Origin: Strigamia acuminata
Taxonomy: Eukaryota
Direction: 5' to 3'
DNA: 64,000 nucleotides
NCBI GenBank assembly: GCA_949358305.1
Contig: OX442314.1
Span: 9,238,001-9,302,000, forward strand
The position numbers and the translations under genes were made by a program. Under the pieces are notes generated by a model, which did no database searches, was not told where the DNA came from, and was given only the letters and a program-made list of their open reading frames with translations. Each line of letters begins with the position of its first letter. Within the stretch, counting starts at the first letter, position 1. Below are positions 27,461-40,704 of this stretch, in pieces.

Positions 27461-28012
27461 ATTGGAATAATGAAAAGAACGGAATAAAATAAGACAACGG
27501 TCGCATGGGAAAAAATGTCGTTCTTACTCGATCAGTACTCGCAGAATTAGCAGAGTAATGACACGATCTGTTGTATGTTCGTTGGTGAAATCAAGAGTGT
27601 GCCAAAACTCTAAATTTGAGCCCAGCAATAAAACGCAATGAGCGCGTTTTGGTGCTACAAAGGAATTATTGCATCAAAACGGTTAATTAGTAGCTCACCC
27701 CAGCCAATTTAAGGTAAGGTGTGCCTAGGAAGTTTTCACCTCCTAGTCACATGGTCTGGTTTGGCACTGCTAAGCCAGACTAATTAAAAATAATAAATAT
27801 TTTTAGTGGTGCAATTCAAATATAAATTAGATACGTTTGAGATCACCACAAATAAAATAATGTATAAAAAGAACATGTGTTTTATGGAACAAATAAAGAG
27901 ATTTCATTTGAGGATATCAATATCCTCAAATTTACATAGCTTGAAAACAATACATTCTTATGCTTGAAAGCACTGTTCCGAGATACGAGTTGTACTAAAC
28001 AAATGAGAAAAG

Positions 28013-31000
28013 ATGAATTTTCTAACATTATTGGTGTTAATAAGCCCCATTGCTGTACTATGCAACTGCGAAAATTACACTGAGATTTGCTATGACATCA
28101 AGAATTTCAGAAATATCAACAGCGTGCTCAGACTGTATAAAACAGCAACTTCAAGATCAGTAAGAATATATTTACTTCTATTAAGGCTTATATACAGAAA
28201 TGTTTAAATCTCACAAGGCTGAACTAATTCGAAAAAATGGATACCCAGTTGAGAATCACGATGTAACTACAGAGGACGGTTACATCCTCAGCTTACAAAG
28301 AATTCCGCACGGACTCACAACAGAACGTAAACGAGATGCTGCCCCTATTCTAATTCTTCATGGCATATTTGCATCTTCAGCAGCATACACCTATTTCACC
28401 AACAGTCTGCGTAAGTAAATAAGCTGTAATGAGCTCAAATTACGGCTAGGATTTATAACAATAAAACTAAGCTCATTGATGCCACAACGGGTCTTATACA
28501 AATACTTCTCAAATAACTCAATCTTAATTCAAACTTCAAGTTAAACACTAAGAGAAATAATGACTCTATTATTTCTCAATAAAAAGGAAGATTTATTCAA
28601 ACTTAGAATAAATACTAAATCAAATACAATATTATTAATACAGATATTATTTTGTGATAAAATGATAAATTAAATGACTGAAGAAATAATTTACTAAAAG
28701 AAAAGTAATCAGAAACAACGGAAAATGATAAAGAATACAATCGATTCGACGACTCCACTTCTCGGGAACGCCGAACGCTTGGATTCGCTTCACTCGACGC
28801 TCGGCTCGGCCTCGGCGTTTCTTCAACACGGACTCAATTCCGTCACAACTATCTCGCTCTCGTAAATTCGGGCGCAACCCCGACTCTTCAAACTTCTCTC
28901 CTTGCGACTCCGTCCTCTCAGTGAATCGCAACACGCCGGTTGCGATATGACTGCGACTAAATTCGCTTGCTTCTGTCACACAGACTCGACTTCGTAGCCC
29001 GACGATGGCGACGAAACTAAACGGTCTCTCCGCGGCGGTTGCTCGGCGGCAAGACAAACTCCTCGCTCAAACGACGATCGCTTGACGAGAATAAAATTCC
29101 CACTGTCACTAACTGAAGTAACAGCAAGAGATATCTCACAAATTGCTCTGGCAATTTGCAAGACTGAGTCCAAATACTCTGACAATCTTTCACTAAATCA
29201 GCTTGTAGAATGGTGTTTTCTCAGGAAGATTTTGGTGACTGGTTGCTCTCAAAGTAAGTTTCAAACTGAGGAGTTTTTCTGCTCCTCACAGGAAGTGTTT
29301 CCTGCTCCAGGAGGTTGCGGGCTGGTTTCCTTGGCGACCACCCACAATTCCTCCCACCCTGCCTAACTCCCTTTGTCTAGACAGGAAATCATAAAAAATA
29401 TAAAATAAAATAAAACAATCTCCAATTTAATATTTTATTTCGGGTTCATTCCCAATACTTCATTAGTGACCACTAGGGTCACTACAAAGCTTACATATAA
29501 ATATATTGGTCCTCAGAATGGGCCATCTTCAGTGGTATTTGCGTTTTGCTACCGATGTAACTCTACTAAATATTTCTGAAAGTGCTGACAATGCATCTAA
29601 TTTAATGATGATAAAGTATTAAAGTTGGGTGGGGAAATTTTTCGGTGACCCAAAATTTGACCTTGGGATGTTCCATCAAGGTCATTGGAAAATTATCTTG
29701 GAAACCGTTAGAGTTAGACAGAAATTTCCAATTGTAAACTTGTAGAGCAACATTTATTTAGTCTAAAAATGACTACTCAAATCTTTTGAACTAAAATTTT
29801 TAAGAAAATCGCACTGGAGTCTGGGATGACAACAGGTAACAAACATGCTTAGTTAGCAAGCAATGCATGCTTGACACGTGAGTGCTGACAGCCAATCAGC
29901 GCACAGAACAACGAATCAAGAGGATATAACACGCAGATATGAGTCCATGTTATCCTTAGTTTATGCTTGATCATATTTTCTTTGCAGCATACGCGCTAGT
30001 GAATGAAGGTTACGATGTTTGGCTTGGAAATTTTCGCAGTAGTTTTCAAGATACTCGCCACATCAAATATTCCCAATCTAATTTCAAATATTGGAATTTC
30101 GGGTATGGTTGATTAATTTCTTTTTCTGTTCTTTGTAATCACTTCTACCCTAGTATTGAAGAATTAGCTGAACTCGACACACCAGCAATGATTGAATACA
30201 TTCTGCAAACCACTAATCACATACAAGTATCAATCATTTCTATGTCTATGTCTACCACAACAACAACATACATGCTTGCTTTCAATCCAGAACTAAATGA
30301 AAAAGTAACTAAGATTAAGCTGTAAAGAAAAAGTCATAATCAAATGTCATTTCTAGATATCGAGGCATGTGCAATTAGCACCAACAGTGCATCTTGGTTA
30401 CATGACTGCAGTGATTCCATATTTTAAACTAAAGGTGTGGCAGTACAGAATAATTGTAGTCATAATTTTTCCTTTTCATACTTAATACAAAGTCCCAAAA
30501 ACCTCCCAATAGCTTGACTGTAGTTGGTTTAGAATACTTCTCTACTAATTCAAGATTTCTTGGGTCTGGTGAAATCCCTTTGTTGTCTATAACATAATGT
30601 AATTTGTGATGTACACCCCGATCGAGCGATGTGGGTGTACCATGGGAAACTCTTCACTCAACTCAAATTAAAATAGTTTCTTCAATTAACATTAACATTG
30701 ATTTAATAATAGAAAAGTGACAATATTTACAATAAATAAAGGTAAAATAAAAACACAACACAGAGCCTAATGACCATTTTATAATTACTGTTCAGTTCTT
30801 GGAACATGGATCCTTCCTAGTCCAAGCGTCTCTTGATGGTTTCGGTCTTTCTTACATCTTGGCACAATCACTTCACAACACAACACTTTGGCATAGGGGC
30901 TCAGCACCCAAAACAGCTTGATCCTTCTAGTACAAGATTCTACACACAACTGTCCTCTACAGTGACAGTTTTGGAAAGCTGCTAAACTATTTCATAGACC

Positions 31001-31862
31001 ATGGCATAGAACGTTAAATTCAAAATGTCCATTTAAGTAACATAATCTGAATTTTCTGTGACGCGACCAGCTAAATATCCAACAGTTGATTTTGTTTATT
31101 CCAAACTTATTTTATTTGTTAAAGAAATTTCGCGACATCACAGGAATCACAGACGATATTTTATCTTCACTGAATAAATTAGCTTACTATGTTGTCCCAA
31201 TTGTGTGTTCTGGTATCCCTTCTGCCGCACCATTCTGCCGGGGATTACTAACACTCCCGACTGGTTACAGTCCAGGAATTTACGGGGTAAAAAATGTAAT
31301 TAATAACTTAATACACGATACTAATACTACTACTGTTTGCTATTGTTAATTAGTTTTGCACAGGTGGCATATTTGCTAATCTTTTGCGAGGTTTCTCAAT
31401 TAAAACACTACTTCACTTCTATCAGGTAATTCGAATCTCTTTTACTTCTCAATGCTTACTTATGTAATTATTTCAGATTTTAACAAATAAACAATTGATG
31501 CGGTATGATTACGGTTTAGATGAAAATCTCGCAAGATATGCAACTGTGAATATAATTCTAATTCTGCTGTTACGTATTAATTAGAGCACTGTAATATTTT
31601 TTTTCTTTTTTTGTATTAGAAAAAGCCCCCAATTGCAAATGTCAGCCGGATTACAACACCCACATATCTTGTCTACAGTGCAAACGATGCCTTAGCAACT
31701 CCACTGAACGTTGCAATGCTGGCAAGAGAAATGAAAACGGCTAACGTCGTATTACTCGAAGATACAATGGTTAATCATGTAGATTTTATTGCTGGTGCAT
31801 TGGACGATAATATTATGAAGCGTATAAATCGTGTAGTACTGGGGTGTATTCGTTTGCCCTAA
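28013..31862 (+). CDS. Acid lipase family (lysosomal acid/gastric lipase, insect Lip3-like) paralog 1, about 409 aa; exons 28013-28159, 28218-28410, 29988-30102, 30154-30304, 30357-30434, 31125-31286, 31354-31425, 31477-31545, 31620-31862
   Basis: Signal peptide; motifs GYPVENHDVTTEDGYILSLQRIP, LHG, GYDVWLGNFR, YWNF, DTPAMIEYIL, YDYG, YSAND, NHVDF; GT-AG introns with consistent phases. Confidence 0.9.
28425..29486 (-). mobile_element. Solo LTR (1062 bp) in intron 2 of lipase 1, related to the LTR at 56180-57325
   Basis: TG...CA ends; 4-bp TSD AAGC; shares TGTAATGAGC start, TAGTGACCACTAGGGTCACTACA end and internal blocks with 56180-57325. Confidence 0.9.
30605..31042. mobile_element. Possible short solo LTR in intron 5 of lipase 1
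   Basis: TGT...ACA ends with imperfect flanks TAATT/TAATC. This intron is about 690 nt versus about 60 nt in the paralogs. Confidence 0.35.
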
Positions 31863-32322
31863 CTAGGTGTGTAATAGAAGGGTGAAGTTTTGGAAATGCA
31901 TAAAGCACATTGCATGACGCAACTAAAATGACCCCTTAATGCTTCTCTGTAATGCAAGGCGCATCCATATAAATATAAACGCATACAATTAATGTAAATA
32001 ATAAAGACAACCTGTAGCATCCTATCCACACCCACACACAAAAAGAACCAAATGCTGAATTCTAATTATTTTGCTAACGATAAAAGAACATTTCAAATTC
32101 ATTGCAATAAATTAAAATTAAATTCCAATGTATTTTTGAACCGTGGAGAAAGTTTATAAATTTATCTGAAATTAGCAGCACATCCTTCACTGTAAATATG
32201 GTACCACCAGGTAAATAGTAACAATAAGAATAGATACCATTCATACCAATAACATTACCATGATAATACAATAAAATAATTTGGAAGCAAATATTTCGCA
32301 GAATGATCAATCCGATGTGCTT

Positions 32323-33299
32323 TGTGGTAATCTCAAAATATTCACCAACTTAGAAGATAAAATTAATTGTCTTCTAATTAATTTGACTGTGGCACACGCC
32401 AAGTCAGATCATGTGACCGAGGGGAGAAATCCTCTCTAGGCACATATCACCCCAGGTTGTCCGGGGTGAAAACGGTTATTAGCCGTTATGGTGCAATATG
32501 GTGTAATAACCACTAGTTGCACCCATTTGAGCTAAGTGCGCAGGTTTTCTGCGCAATATTGAAGCGTGCTGGGCTCGCGCCTTGGCTCAAATCGGGACTC
32601 TGAAAAATAACACACAACCACAAACATCACTGCTTTTGCTCCTGAAAGAAAAGTATTGATAGTGGACTCGTGTTCTTCAGTTTCACCTGCTATCTTTGTG
32701 CAACAAACGCACAAAGCCAGCAATTCTGCTTGAATTAGCCGTAGCTAATTCCAGCAATCGAGAAGAGAAGTTTCCCGACGATCGTGAACCATCGCCGTCG
32801 CTGTTGCGCGAACGACAGCCACCGCCATCGTACGAGAGCCGGACGCCTGCCCCGTGAACCACCGCCACTGAGAGCCGTCGTACGAGGACAGAAGAAACTC
32901 ACGAGAACCATCGTCTTCGACCATCGTTCGTGAGTTTGCAGAACGAAGACAATTTGCCTTCGCCTAACAACATTGTGTTGTTTAAGCGCCATTTCTGACG
33001 CTTTGTAGCTTGCAACAGTCGTTGCAAGCCCTTCCTTTGTTTCATTGTTTCCCGCTCATTTTAATACGCGACTTGTCGCACCTTGTGATATTCTTAATTT
33101 TAACTAGTCATTTCCATTGTAATTAAACCGAATAAAACATATTGTGATTTTTATACTGAAAACTATCTTTTTATTTCTTTTCCTTAAACTTAACCCCTAG
33201 ATAATTTAAGGCCGCCGATTGTAAGTCTTTTAAAGCATTCACCTGCGGTTTCTGCTTAATTTATTAGAAATTAAGTGGATAAAAACCCGGATCGCAGCA
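32323..33299 (+). repeat. 5' LTR
   Basis: Direct repeat of 43746-44722 (offset 11423); identical by eye. Confidence 0.97.
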
Positions 33300-33301
33300 C
33301 G

Positions 33302-33319
33302 TGGGGGCCCGTCCGGGAT
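33302..33319 (+). other. Primer binding site, tRNA-Pro type
   Basis: TGGGGGCCCGTCCGGGAT, 2 nt after the LTR; 17/18 match to the MLV tRNA-Pro PBS TGGGGGCTCGTCCGGGAT. Confidence 0.9.
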
Positions 33320-33412
33320 AGTCATTGTATAAATTTTGATAGTTTAAAATTTACCCGCCATTTTTATCTTGCTTATCTTTCTTCTCTATCCTTTCTAAAT
33401 CCTCATTGAAAA

Positions 33413-36400
33413 ATGGCGACTCCTTCAGAGAAGAGACCGAGAGGAAGGCCGGCGAAGAGACGAGTGGCGATCGATCTACCAGTCGTGGATCAAGAAGTGA
33501 CTGAGTCACAAGAACTGTTTGAAGCCATGGATCAAACAGCTAACTGTAACTCGGCACAGTTAATCGTGAATGAATTCACGCAAGCGTTGGAGCGACAACA
33601 GCCATCCCCGCCCAGCGGCCAGTTGGACTTAAATAATCCAACTGGAAGTGGCCGTTCCAAGACGCAAAACGATGATTTGAATTTACGAATTCAATCATCA
33701 AGTGCAGAGCACTCGCTGAATTCATCACCGGTTCAAGGTGCAGCACAGCAAGATTCTGAGAACTCCAATATGGAAGTTTCTCATTCTCCCGTGCGTGTTA
33801 CCATGATGGACGCACTCCGTGAGCAAGCTAGGCTCGAGGGAGTAAAAGTCACTAGCGAAATGACTGTGGAACAAATCCACAAAGCTATGGTTCGCAAACA
33901 AAGCCAAAAAGACGTTGAAATCGTCAGAACAAGCTTGCAAGCAGAGTTCGAGCGAATGCATGCAGAAATGCAGCAGCAAAATGCCAAACTAAAACAACAA
34001 CGTGCAAATGATCACGTTAAGTTGTTAAATTTAGAGCAGGAAAAAGCTTCCTGGCTAATTACTGACGAAGAGCAACAACAAAGGCTCGAGCAACTAAATC
34101 AAGCACAAAAAGATTTAGAAATTGCTAATGAAAATTTGAGATTGGCCAACGCAAATTTGCGAGAAGCCAACGCAAATTTGCGAGAAGCCAACACAAATTT
34201 AATGACTGCCGAACTAACCGCCCCAGTTCGAGCGAGGGAAGTAATTCCCTCCACTTCTCGAAATTACGAGAATTATGCTGCAGAACAAGCAGCAAGAGCT
34301 AAGAGATTAGCACAACGAGAAAACGAAATATTTCTCGCTCGACAGCAGTCAGTAATTGATGCTGGTCAAGCCGCCAAAAGTCAAAGTACTGCAGAGCAGT
34401 TATTACGTGCCGACTTAGCTGCGCAAGCTCGTGAAAACGAAATTCTTCGCGCAGATCTACTGACAGTACAAGAAAATTTTGCAGTAGTTGTACAAAAAGT
34501 ACAAGACGTTTGCGGCGAAGATAATTTTGCAAAGCCAGCCCCAGTTTTGCAAAAAGGTGCTTCCAAATCACCTGAGTTGATTGATTTAACATCAGCTAAA
34601 CCAAAAGTCAGTCGACAATCAAGTTGGACTGACAGCGATGACTCACGCAGTAGTCGTGGAAGCCGTAATAGTCATCACAGTCGCAAAAAGCGAAAGCGAC
34701 AACCAGACCCGACCGAATATCATTCCCCAAACGTTCCGCAAAATTCGGATCGATTCTTTAGCAATAGTGACCGATTAATCGGATTGCTAGAGAGAAAAAA
34801 TAAAGAACGTGAGAAACCACACGATCGTGGACGGTCACACGATAATCCGCGAGAAGGCTCACCGAAACGAGATTGTCATAACGACATCCGTGATGGGCCG
34901 AGGTACCGTGGAAATCCACCAGGTGGTGACCCACCGGGTGGAGATAGTTCAGATGGACATGGAGGTGGCCACTCACGTGACCACAATTCGAATGGCAATC
35001 GAGGTGGAAGGGGACCACCAAATGGAGACCGTCGTCCGCCAGATGGCGACGATCCTCCGGACCCTGATCCGCCGCCAAATCCGAATCATGAATCTGCGTC
35101 AGATACAGATTCCTCACACCCCAGTGTGAGAGGGCGATCTCGTCACAGAACACGTAGTAGAACTCAAAGACCCGACTTCTACACGAAAGATGAGATTGAC
35201 CAGCTGTTGAGGCAAAATGCTCAACAACAGCGAAAAAGCAGAAGGGATAAAATTATTTTGCAAAAAATAAATGAATTCACTTCTGATAAATGGACTCATC
35301 AAACAACAGATGAAAAGTTCATTAGATGGGATCGAGTTATCCCACATGCCTATAATGGAAATTGGCAAGCAGGGTCAAACCTCTTGCTGGAAATATTCGA
35401 ACTAGGCAAGGTTCACAGTTTTGGCTGTGAAGGTGCATTGGCCCATCTAGTACCAAGAATACTGGTTGGCGATGTCAAGGAGTGGTTTCGCAGGAAAGAC
35501 TTCACGAAGTGGGATGACTTCGTTAAACAATTTATGTTTAAATTTGGTGAATCGAGCGAAGACATCAAGACGCTCTGGAGATGTCTTAAGCAACGAAAAG
35601 GCGAAAGCTTACATTCGTACATGCTAAGAGCAGAGAATCTGCTTGGCAGAATGCCACATGCTGTTACTGATGCAACAGCTGATGATCAGTTTAGAGCTGG
35701 CCTCACAGAATATAGTAAAAATATTCTGATGATGTCGGACGCTCCCGACCCGGGGAAATTCTCCGAGTTAAATGAGTTCATGGAGGTCAATCAATTGCGC
35801 ATTGACGAAAAGTACAAAGCTTACCTTACAGATAGCGAAAGGTCAGCGTACTTAAAGCGAGAGAAAAGACTCGCTGAGCAAAACAATGAAACCTTCAATG
35901 GTTTGAAATTGTTGCAGCCACCTAGTTACGAAGACTTTCTAGACGAGGTGGAAGGGAAGAGTTCGAAAAAAGAATCTTCCAAATAGGACGTCAAAAATCC
36001 TCATTCAGTTCCTAAGTTACATGCAAATATAACTGGAGCTGAAACTCCGTCGTCTGAAGCTGAAGAAGCTGAAGAGGAGGAGGAAGCAGGAGATGAGACG
36101 TTGGCTTTATTAGCCAAAGCAGCGGCGTTGTTAGCAAAAAATAACCCCGTTGCAGGCAAATGGAAGCCAAGAATGAAACCAAAAAATGTTTCATTTGACG
36201 CATCAAAGGTGAATACCGAAAGGAATTCAAAGTCACCTGCGGTGTCGCCAGAGCGCCGGTCTGACGCTCGTTCTCGTTCTGCCTCACCAGCAGCAACGAA
36301 AAAGAAATCGCCTGCCACTGATCCATGCAATTTATGCAAAAAATTAGGGCATTGGCAAAAAGACTGCCCATCCTCTAAGAGGGACAAACCAGTGTCAACA

Positions 36401-36457
36401 GCTGAGTTTGAAAAAGCAGTCAAGATCATAACTGACATGTTTCGAAAAAACTTGTAG
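33413..36457 (+). CDS. gag: Gag (coiled coil, capsid-like domain, CCHC knuckle), interrupted by an in-frame TAG at 35984-35986
   Basis: 857-aa ORF with a capsid/MHR-like segment (WDDFVKQF...QRKGESLHSY). The same frame stays open after the TAG to 36457 and contains CNLCKKLGHWQKDC. Confidence 0.9.
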
Positions 36458-36491
36458 ACGCAGATCCATCAGGTCTAGTGGACGCTGCGTC
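36445..36491 (+). other. -1 ribosomal frameshift signal at the gag-pol junction
   Basis: A AAA AAC heptamer in the gag frame, 5-nt spacer, then stem GACGCAG/CTGCGTC extended by TCCA/TGGA; pol lies in the -1 frame. Confidence 0.8.
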
Positions 36492-39400
36492 ACCTCTGAA
36501 ATCGGAATCAGAAAATGAAAATCTGAAGATAATGGAAGATGTTGGAGAAGTTATTGATGAATTAATTCGTCAAACAGAACTAAAAGAAAAGGAATCTCTT
36601 GAGTTAAAAAAGGAGATTGTCGGCGAAACTCCGACTGAAGAAGACACTTCCAATATTAAAGATAAAGTCGAAGTTAAAGACGATAGACCAAGCTCAGTTC
36701 CAGAGACACCTGGAATTGAGGAGTGCATTAAGTTATTTGCAACTACAACTCTTGATACCAATGAGTTATTAGACGAACTACCTTTGGAGCCTCCAATTAC
36801 AGTTCCTCATAAATTGCGCAAGTTTGAGTGCAAAGTGGCTGGAATACCAAACAGCCATGACCTTCCAACGTTGAAGTTAGAAACGTTAAAAGGTGTAATA
36901 ACTGGAATGTTGGACTCAGGAGCAAATAAAAGCTTCCTAGCCACTTCAGTTATTAACCAATTAGGTCTAGAAAAATATCTACGACCTATCGGACCTGGTG
37001 TCAGAGTTACGACGGCAAGTGAAGAAGTCACTCCAGATGGAACCATCCATCTTTCATTTCGATGGACACATGGCACGTTACGTCATCCGTTCATCGTAAT
37101 ACCAAATAAGTATCCCATGGTACTATTGGGTTGCGATTTTATGAATAAGTTAAAAATCCAACCTAATCCACAGACGATGTCTTGGAATTTCACGCAACCT
37201 GTGGATGCAGATTTACCCTACATTCCACAAGCGTTGCTGGAACGTTATTTGGAGAAAATAGAGGAACCCGATTCCTCATTTATGACCTTCGCAAAAGCAT
37301 ACGCTGCAAGTGTAACTCAAGGCAAAATTGATGAAGAGAATTTCATCCAAAAGTTAGTCGAAGAAGCTAACTTAAATTTGGAGCAATCCAAATTATTAGA
37401 AAAGATGTTATCCAAACATAAAAGGATTATTTCTAAAGATCCAGGTAAAACACACCTGGTTAAGCACAAAATTGAGCTTGACACGGAGAAACCCATCCGT
37501 GTCCCCTTTAAGAGCATAAACCCTCAAAAAAGGGAAATAATCAGACAACTTTGTCAAGACATGATTGACAAAGGCGTAGTCGTCAAAGCTGAAGGCGATT
37601 ACGGAATGCGGCCAGTCCTAGTCATGCGACCAGGAAACGACCCACGTTTGTGCATTGATTTTCGCCCCATCAATACACATACTAAGTACAACCCACCTCA
37701 AATGCCAACAATTGAGGAAATTCTGCGAGAAATCGGAGAATTCGAGTGGGTCAGTACTATAGATCTGACCAAGGGATATTGGCAGATAGAATTGCGACCT
37801 GAAGACAGAGAAAAAACTGCCTTCTGGAGCCCAATGGGAAGACTAATGTTTTTAGTCATGCCTTTCGGATTAGTAAACGCACCAACTACCTTCCAAGAAT
37901 TGATGGAAAAAGTTTTGGGTGACGTTTACAGAAAATTTGCATGGGCATATTTGGATGACATAATTGTTGTATCCAAATCGTTCGAAGAACACATTAAACA
38001 TTTAGATATAGTGTTTAAAAAATTGGCAGAAGCTAATTTACATGCGCATCCTGGCAAGACGCATCTCTGTAGAAAGGAATTAATTTTTCTAGGCTACAAA
38101 GTAGGAGTAGAAGGACTTGCAGTAGACCCTAAAAAAGTCGCTGCAATTACGCAATTTCCGGCTCCTACCAATCTTAAGGAATTACAAAGATTTCTAGGCA
38201 TGGTGAATTTCTTTCACCGCCTAATCAAGAATTTGGCCACAGTGGCAGAACCACTAAGGCCTCTCTTGAAGAAAGATGCGGAGTTCGATTGGGAACTGCA
38301 TCATCAGGCAGCATTCGACGCAATAAAAGACTTACTTACGAATGCTGAAACAATGAAGATGCCTGACTTGTACATGCCATTTATTGTTCATACTGACGCC
38401 AGTAGACAAGGGTTGGGTGCAGCCCTTACACAAAAGAAAAATGTGGATGGCCAAGAAGTCGAAATGCCATGCGTGTATGCAAGCAGAAGCTTGCAGCCCG
38501 CTGAAAAGAATTATACTGTGACAGAATTGGAATGTCTCGCAGTAGTATGGGGATTGCGCAAATTTCGCCCATACTTAGAGTACACTACATTCACTGTACA
38601 AACGGATCACCAAGCACTTAAGTGGTTGATGTCGTTATCTGACCCGTCGGGCAGATTAGCTCGTTGGCAAATGGAGCTGATGGCGTATTCGTTCGAAATA
38701 CAGTACGTCAAAGGTCCGCTAAATGTAATAGCAGACGCATTGTCACGTGCACCTGTCAGCGCACCTGACGAACCAGAAGACGATGGCGATAATGATGATT
38801 TATTATCATATTGTCCATCTCCTTGCCGAAGTTGGCAAATGGGAAAATTGAACGAATTACCCAAGTCAATAATAGTCAATGAAGATGATCAAGCATTAAT
38901 TAATTTTTGTATTAATATGCATGATCCGTCAGGAACCCCTGACGTCGAATTAAGAGCTATGATGGCTAAAAAATTCGAGCTGCCAACAACAAATGTTTTA
39001 ATTAAAGCATTTGCAGCTAAAATTGCTAAACAATTGGAATGTGATCCTCCAACGAGAGATGACATTATTGCAGAGCAAAAAGCAGACAAATTTTGCCAAT
39101 ATATTCGCAATTACTTATTAAATAAGCAATATCCAAGTTACATAGTAACTCGTCTTCAAAGAAGAAATTTTGAAAGACACGCGAGTACTTATCTCATTGA
39201 AGAAGATATGTTACTCCATTATCATCCTACCTCTACCGATGAATTGGGAGAGGATGGTAGGGCACTTAAAGTTGTTGTGCCAAGAAAATTGATTTATAAA
39301 ATCATTTGGTTGATGCACGGACATCCACTGTCCGGCCACCCAGGCATTGCGAGGACAATGTACCGAACTCGAAGAGTTTATACCTGGAAAGGTATGAAAC

Positions 39401-40704
39401 GTGATATTACACGTTTTATTCAGCATTGTCAAGGATGTCAGGCATGTAAGCCGAGATCAAAGACCGAAATTGAAGGCGCTCAAATTGGACCATTTGGACC
39501 ATTTGACTGCCTCAGTGTGGATTTGTCTGGTCCCAAACCAAGAACCAGAAAAAACAATACCCACATTTGCGTCATCGTAGATGTCGCTACACATTGGCCC
39601 GAATTATTTCCAATGTGTAATCCAACGGCAATAAAAGTTGCCAACACAATTTATCACTTATCAATGACTTTCGGATTTCCGAGACAAATCTTAAGTGATA
39701 ATGGACCACAATTTCGATCACAGGTCTATAAAGAATTTTGCAAAAAATTCGACATGTCGCGAACACCGACATCGATTTATCATCCACAAAGCAATCCTGT
39801 GGAGAGAACCAATCGAGATATTAAATATTTAGTTTCGATTTATTTAGATATTCATGACCAATGGGATGAGTATCTACGCGAATTTGCATTCAGTTTGAGA
39901 ACAACTGTAACAAGAGGCAGAGATTATTCTCCTGCTTTCTTAAATTTTTTCCGAGAATTAAGAATTCCTTGGGATCCAAGAATTCCGGAAGGAATTTTAG
40001 TCATTGATCCAAAAAATCCGCATTTATATGTTCAGAAATTAGAAGCAATAATTGCAGAGACGTATCAGCATATGATGTCTCACGTCTTAGATTTGAGACG
40101 CCGTGTCGAAGCTGAAAAATCAGATAAGAAATTCGATAACTTCAGACAGAATGATTTAGTCTGGCGAGAGTCTCATATTCTCTCAAATGCCGCTAAAGGA
40201 ATAGCAGCAGGCATTTCACCGAAAAGGAATGGGCCTTATGTAATTGTCAAAAGGTTACAAGGAGGCGCCTTTCAACTTCGACGGCTGAGTGATAATAAAA
40301 TTTATCCAGCTGTTCACGGCACTGAATTAATGCCGTACTTTCCCGTTTTCAACCAAGAAATTTGGCTGGAAGGGGAGGAAGTGGGTCAAAAAACAAAAAA
40401 TATTGTTAATACCTTGGATGATGTTGAATTATCCAAAATTCCTGTCGAAAACACGGAATCGAGTGAAAAATCGAAACTCAAAAATAACGAAGTCGATGAA
40501 ATAAACAAGCGACTTGAAAATGTTTCTCTTGATGAAAATCTAGAAAAGGAAATGTTTTTAGAAAAAGAGAAAATTTCAAACAATGAAGAAAATAACTCAT
40601 CTGACATTGGAGACGATGCTGATGACAATCTAAACAAGTTGGATTGTACTTCGCGAAAGTCAAAGTACAACTTGAGATCTCGCGTTCCGCGAGTCAAGAC
40701 ATAG
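36478..40704 (+). CDS. pol: Pol polyprotein (protease, RT, RNase H, integrase), probably made as a Gag-Pol fusion
   Basis: LDSGA; MPFGL and YLDD; TDAS...ELECLAVVW; HHCC zinc finger; VDL, SDNG, VER (DDE). Confidence 0.97.
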   Translation: MDAASPLKSESENENLKIMEDVGEVIDELIRQTELKEKESLELKKEIVGETPTEEDTSNIKDKVEVKDDRPSSVPETPGIEECIKLFATTTLDTNELLDELPLEPPITVPHKLRKFECKVAGIPNSHDLPTLKLETLKGVITGMLDSGANKSFLATSVINQLGLEKYLRPIGPGVRVTTASEEVTPDGTIHLSFRWTHGTLRHPFIVIPNKYPMVLLGCDFMNKLKIQPNPQTMSWNFTQPVDADLPYIPQALLERYLEKIEEPDSSFMTFAKAYAASVTQGKIDEENFIQKLVEEANLNLEQSKLLEKMLSKHKRIISKDPGKTHLVKHKIELDTEKPIRVPFKSINPQKREIIRQLCQDMIDKGVVVKAEGDYGMRPVLVMRPGNDPRLCIDFRPINTHTKYNPPQMPTIEEILREIGEFEWVSTIDLTKGYWQIELRPEDREKTAFWSPMGRLMFLVMPFGLVNAPTTFQELMEKVLGDVYRKFAWAYLDDIIVVSKSFEEHIKHLDIVFKKLAEANLHAHPGKTHLCRKELIFLGYKVGVEGLAVDPKKVAAITQFPAPTNLKELQRFLGMVNFFHRLIKNLATVAEPLRPLLKKDAEFDWELHHQAAFDAIKDLLTNAETMKMPDLYMPFIVHTDASRQGLGAALTQKKNVDGQEVEMPCVYASRSLQPAEKNYTVTELECLAVVWGLRKFRPYLEYTTFTVQTDHQALKWLMSLSDPSGRLARWQMELMAYSFEIQYVKGPLNVIADALSRAPVSAPDEPEDDGDNDDLLSYCPSPCRSWQMGKLNELPKSIIVNEDDQALINFCINMHDPSGTPDVELRAMMAKKFELPTTNVLIKAFAAKIAKQLECDPPTRDDIIAEQKADKFCQYIRNYLLNKQYPSYIVTRLQRRNFERHASTYLIEEDMLLHYHPTSTDELGEDGRALKVVVPRKLIYKIIWLMHGHPLSGHPGIARTMYRTRRVYTWKGMKRDITRFIQHCQGCQACKPRSKTEIEGAQIGPFGPFDCLSVDLSGPKPRTRKNNTHICVIVDVATHWPELFPMCNPTAIKVANTIYHLSMTFGFPRQILSDNGPQFRSQVYKEFCKKFDMSRTPTSIYHPQSNPVERTNRDIKYLVSIYLDIHDQWDEYLREFAFSLRTTVTRGRDYSPAFLNFFRELRIPWDPRIPEGILVIDPKNPHLYVQKLEAIIAETYQHMMSHVLDLRRRVEAEKSDKKFDNFRQNDLVWRESHILSNAAKGIAAGISPKRNGPYVIVKRLQGGAFQLRRLSDNKIYPAVHGTELMPYFPVFNQEIWLEGEEVGQKTKNIVNTLDDVELSKIPVENTESSEKSKLKNNEVDEINKRLENVSLDENLEKEMFLEKEKISNNEENNSSDIGDDADDNLNKLDCTSRKSKYNLRSRVPRVKT

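Noticed and set aside
32532..32992. Minus-strand ORFs duplicated at 43955-44415
   Set aside because: Duplicated only because they lie within the LTRs; no motifs.
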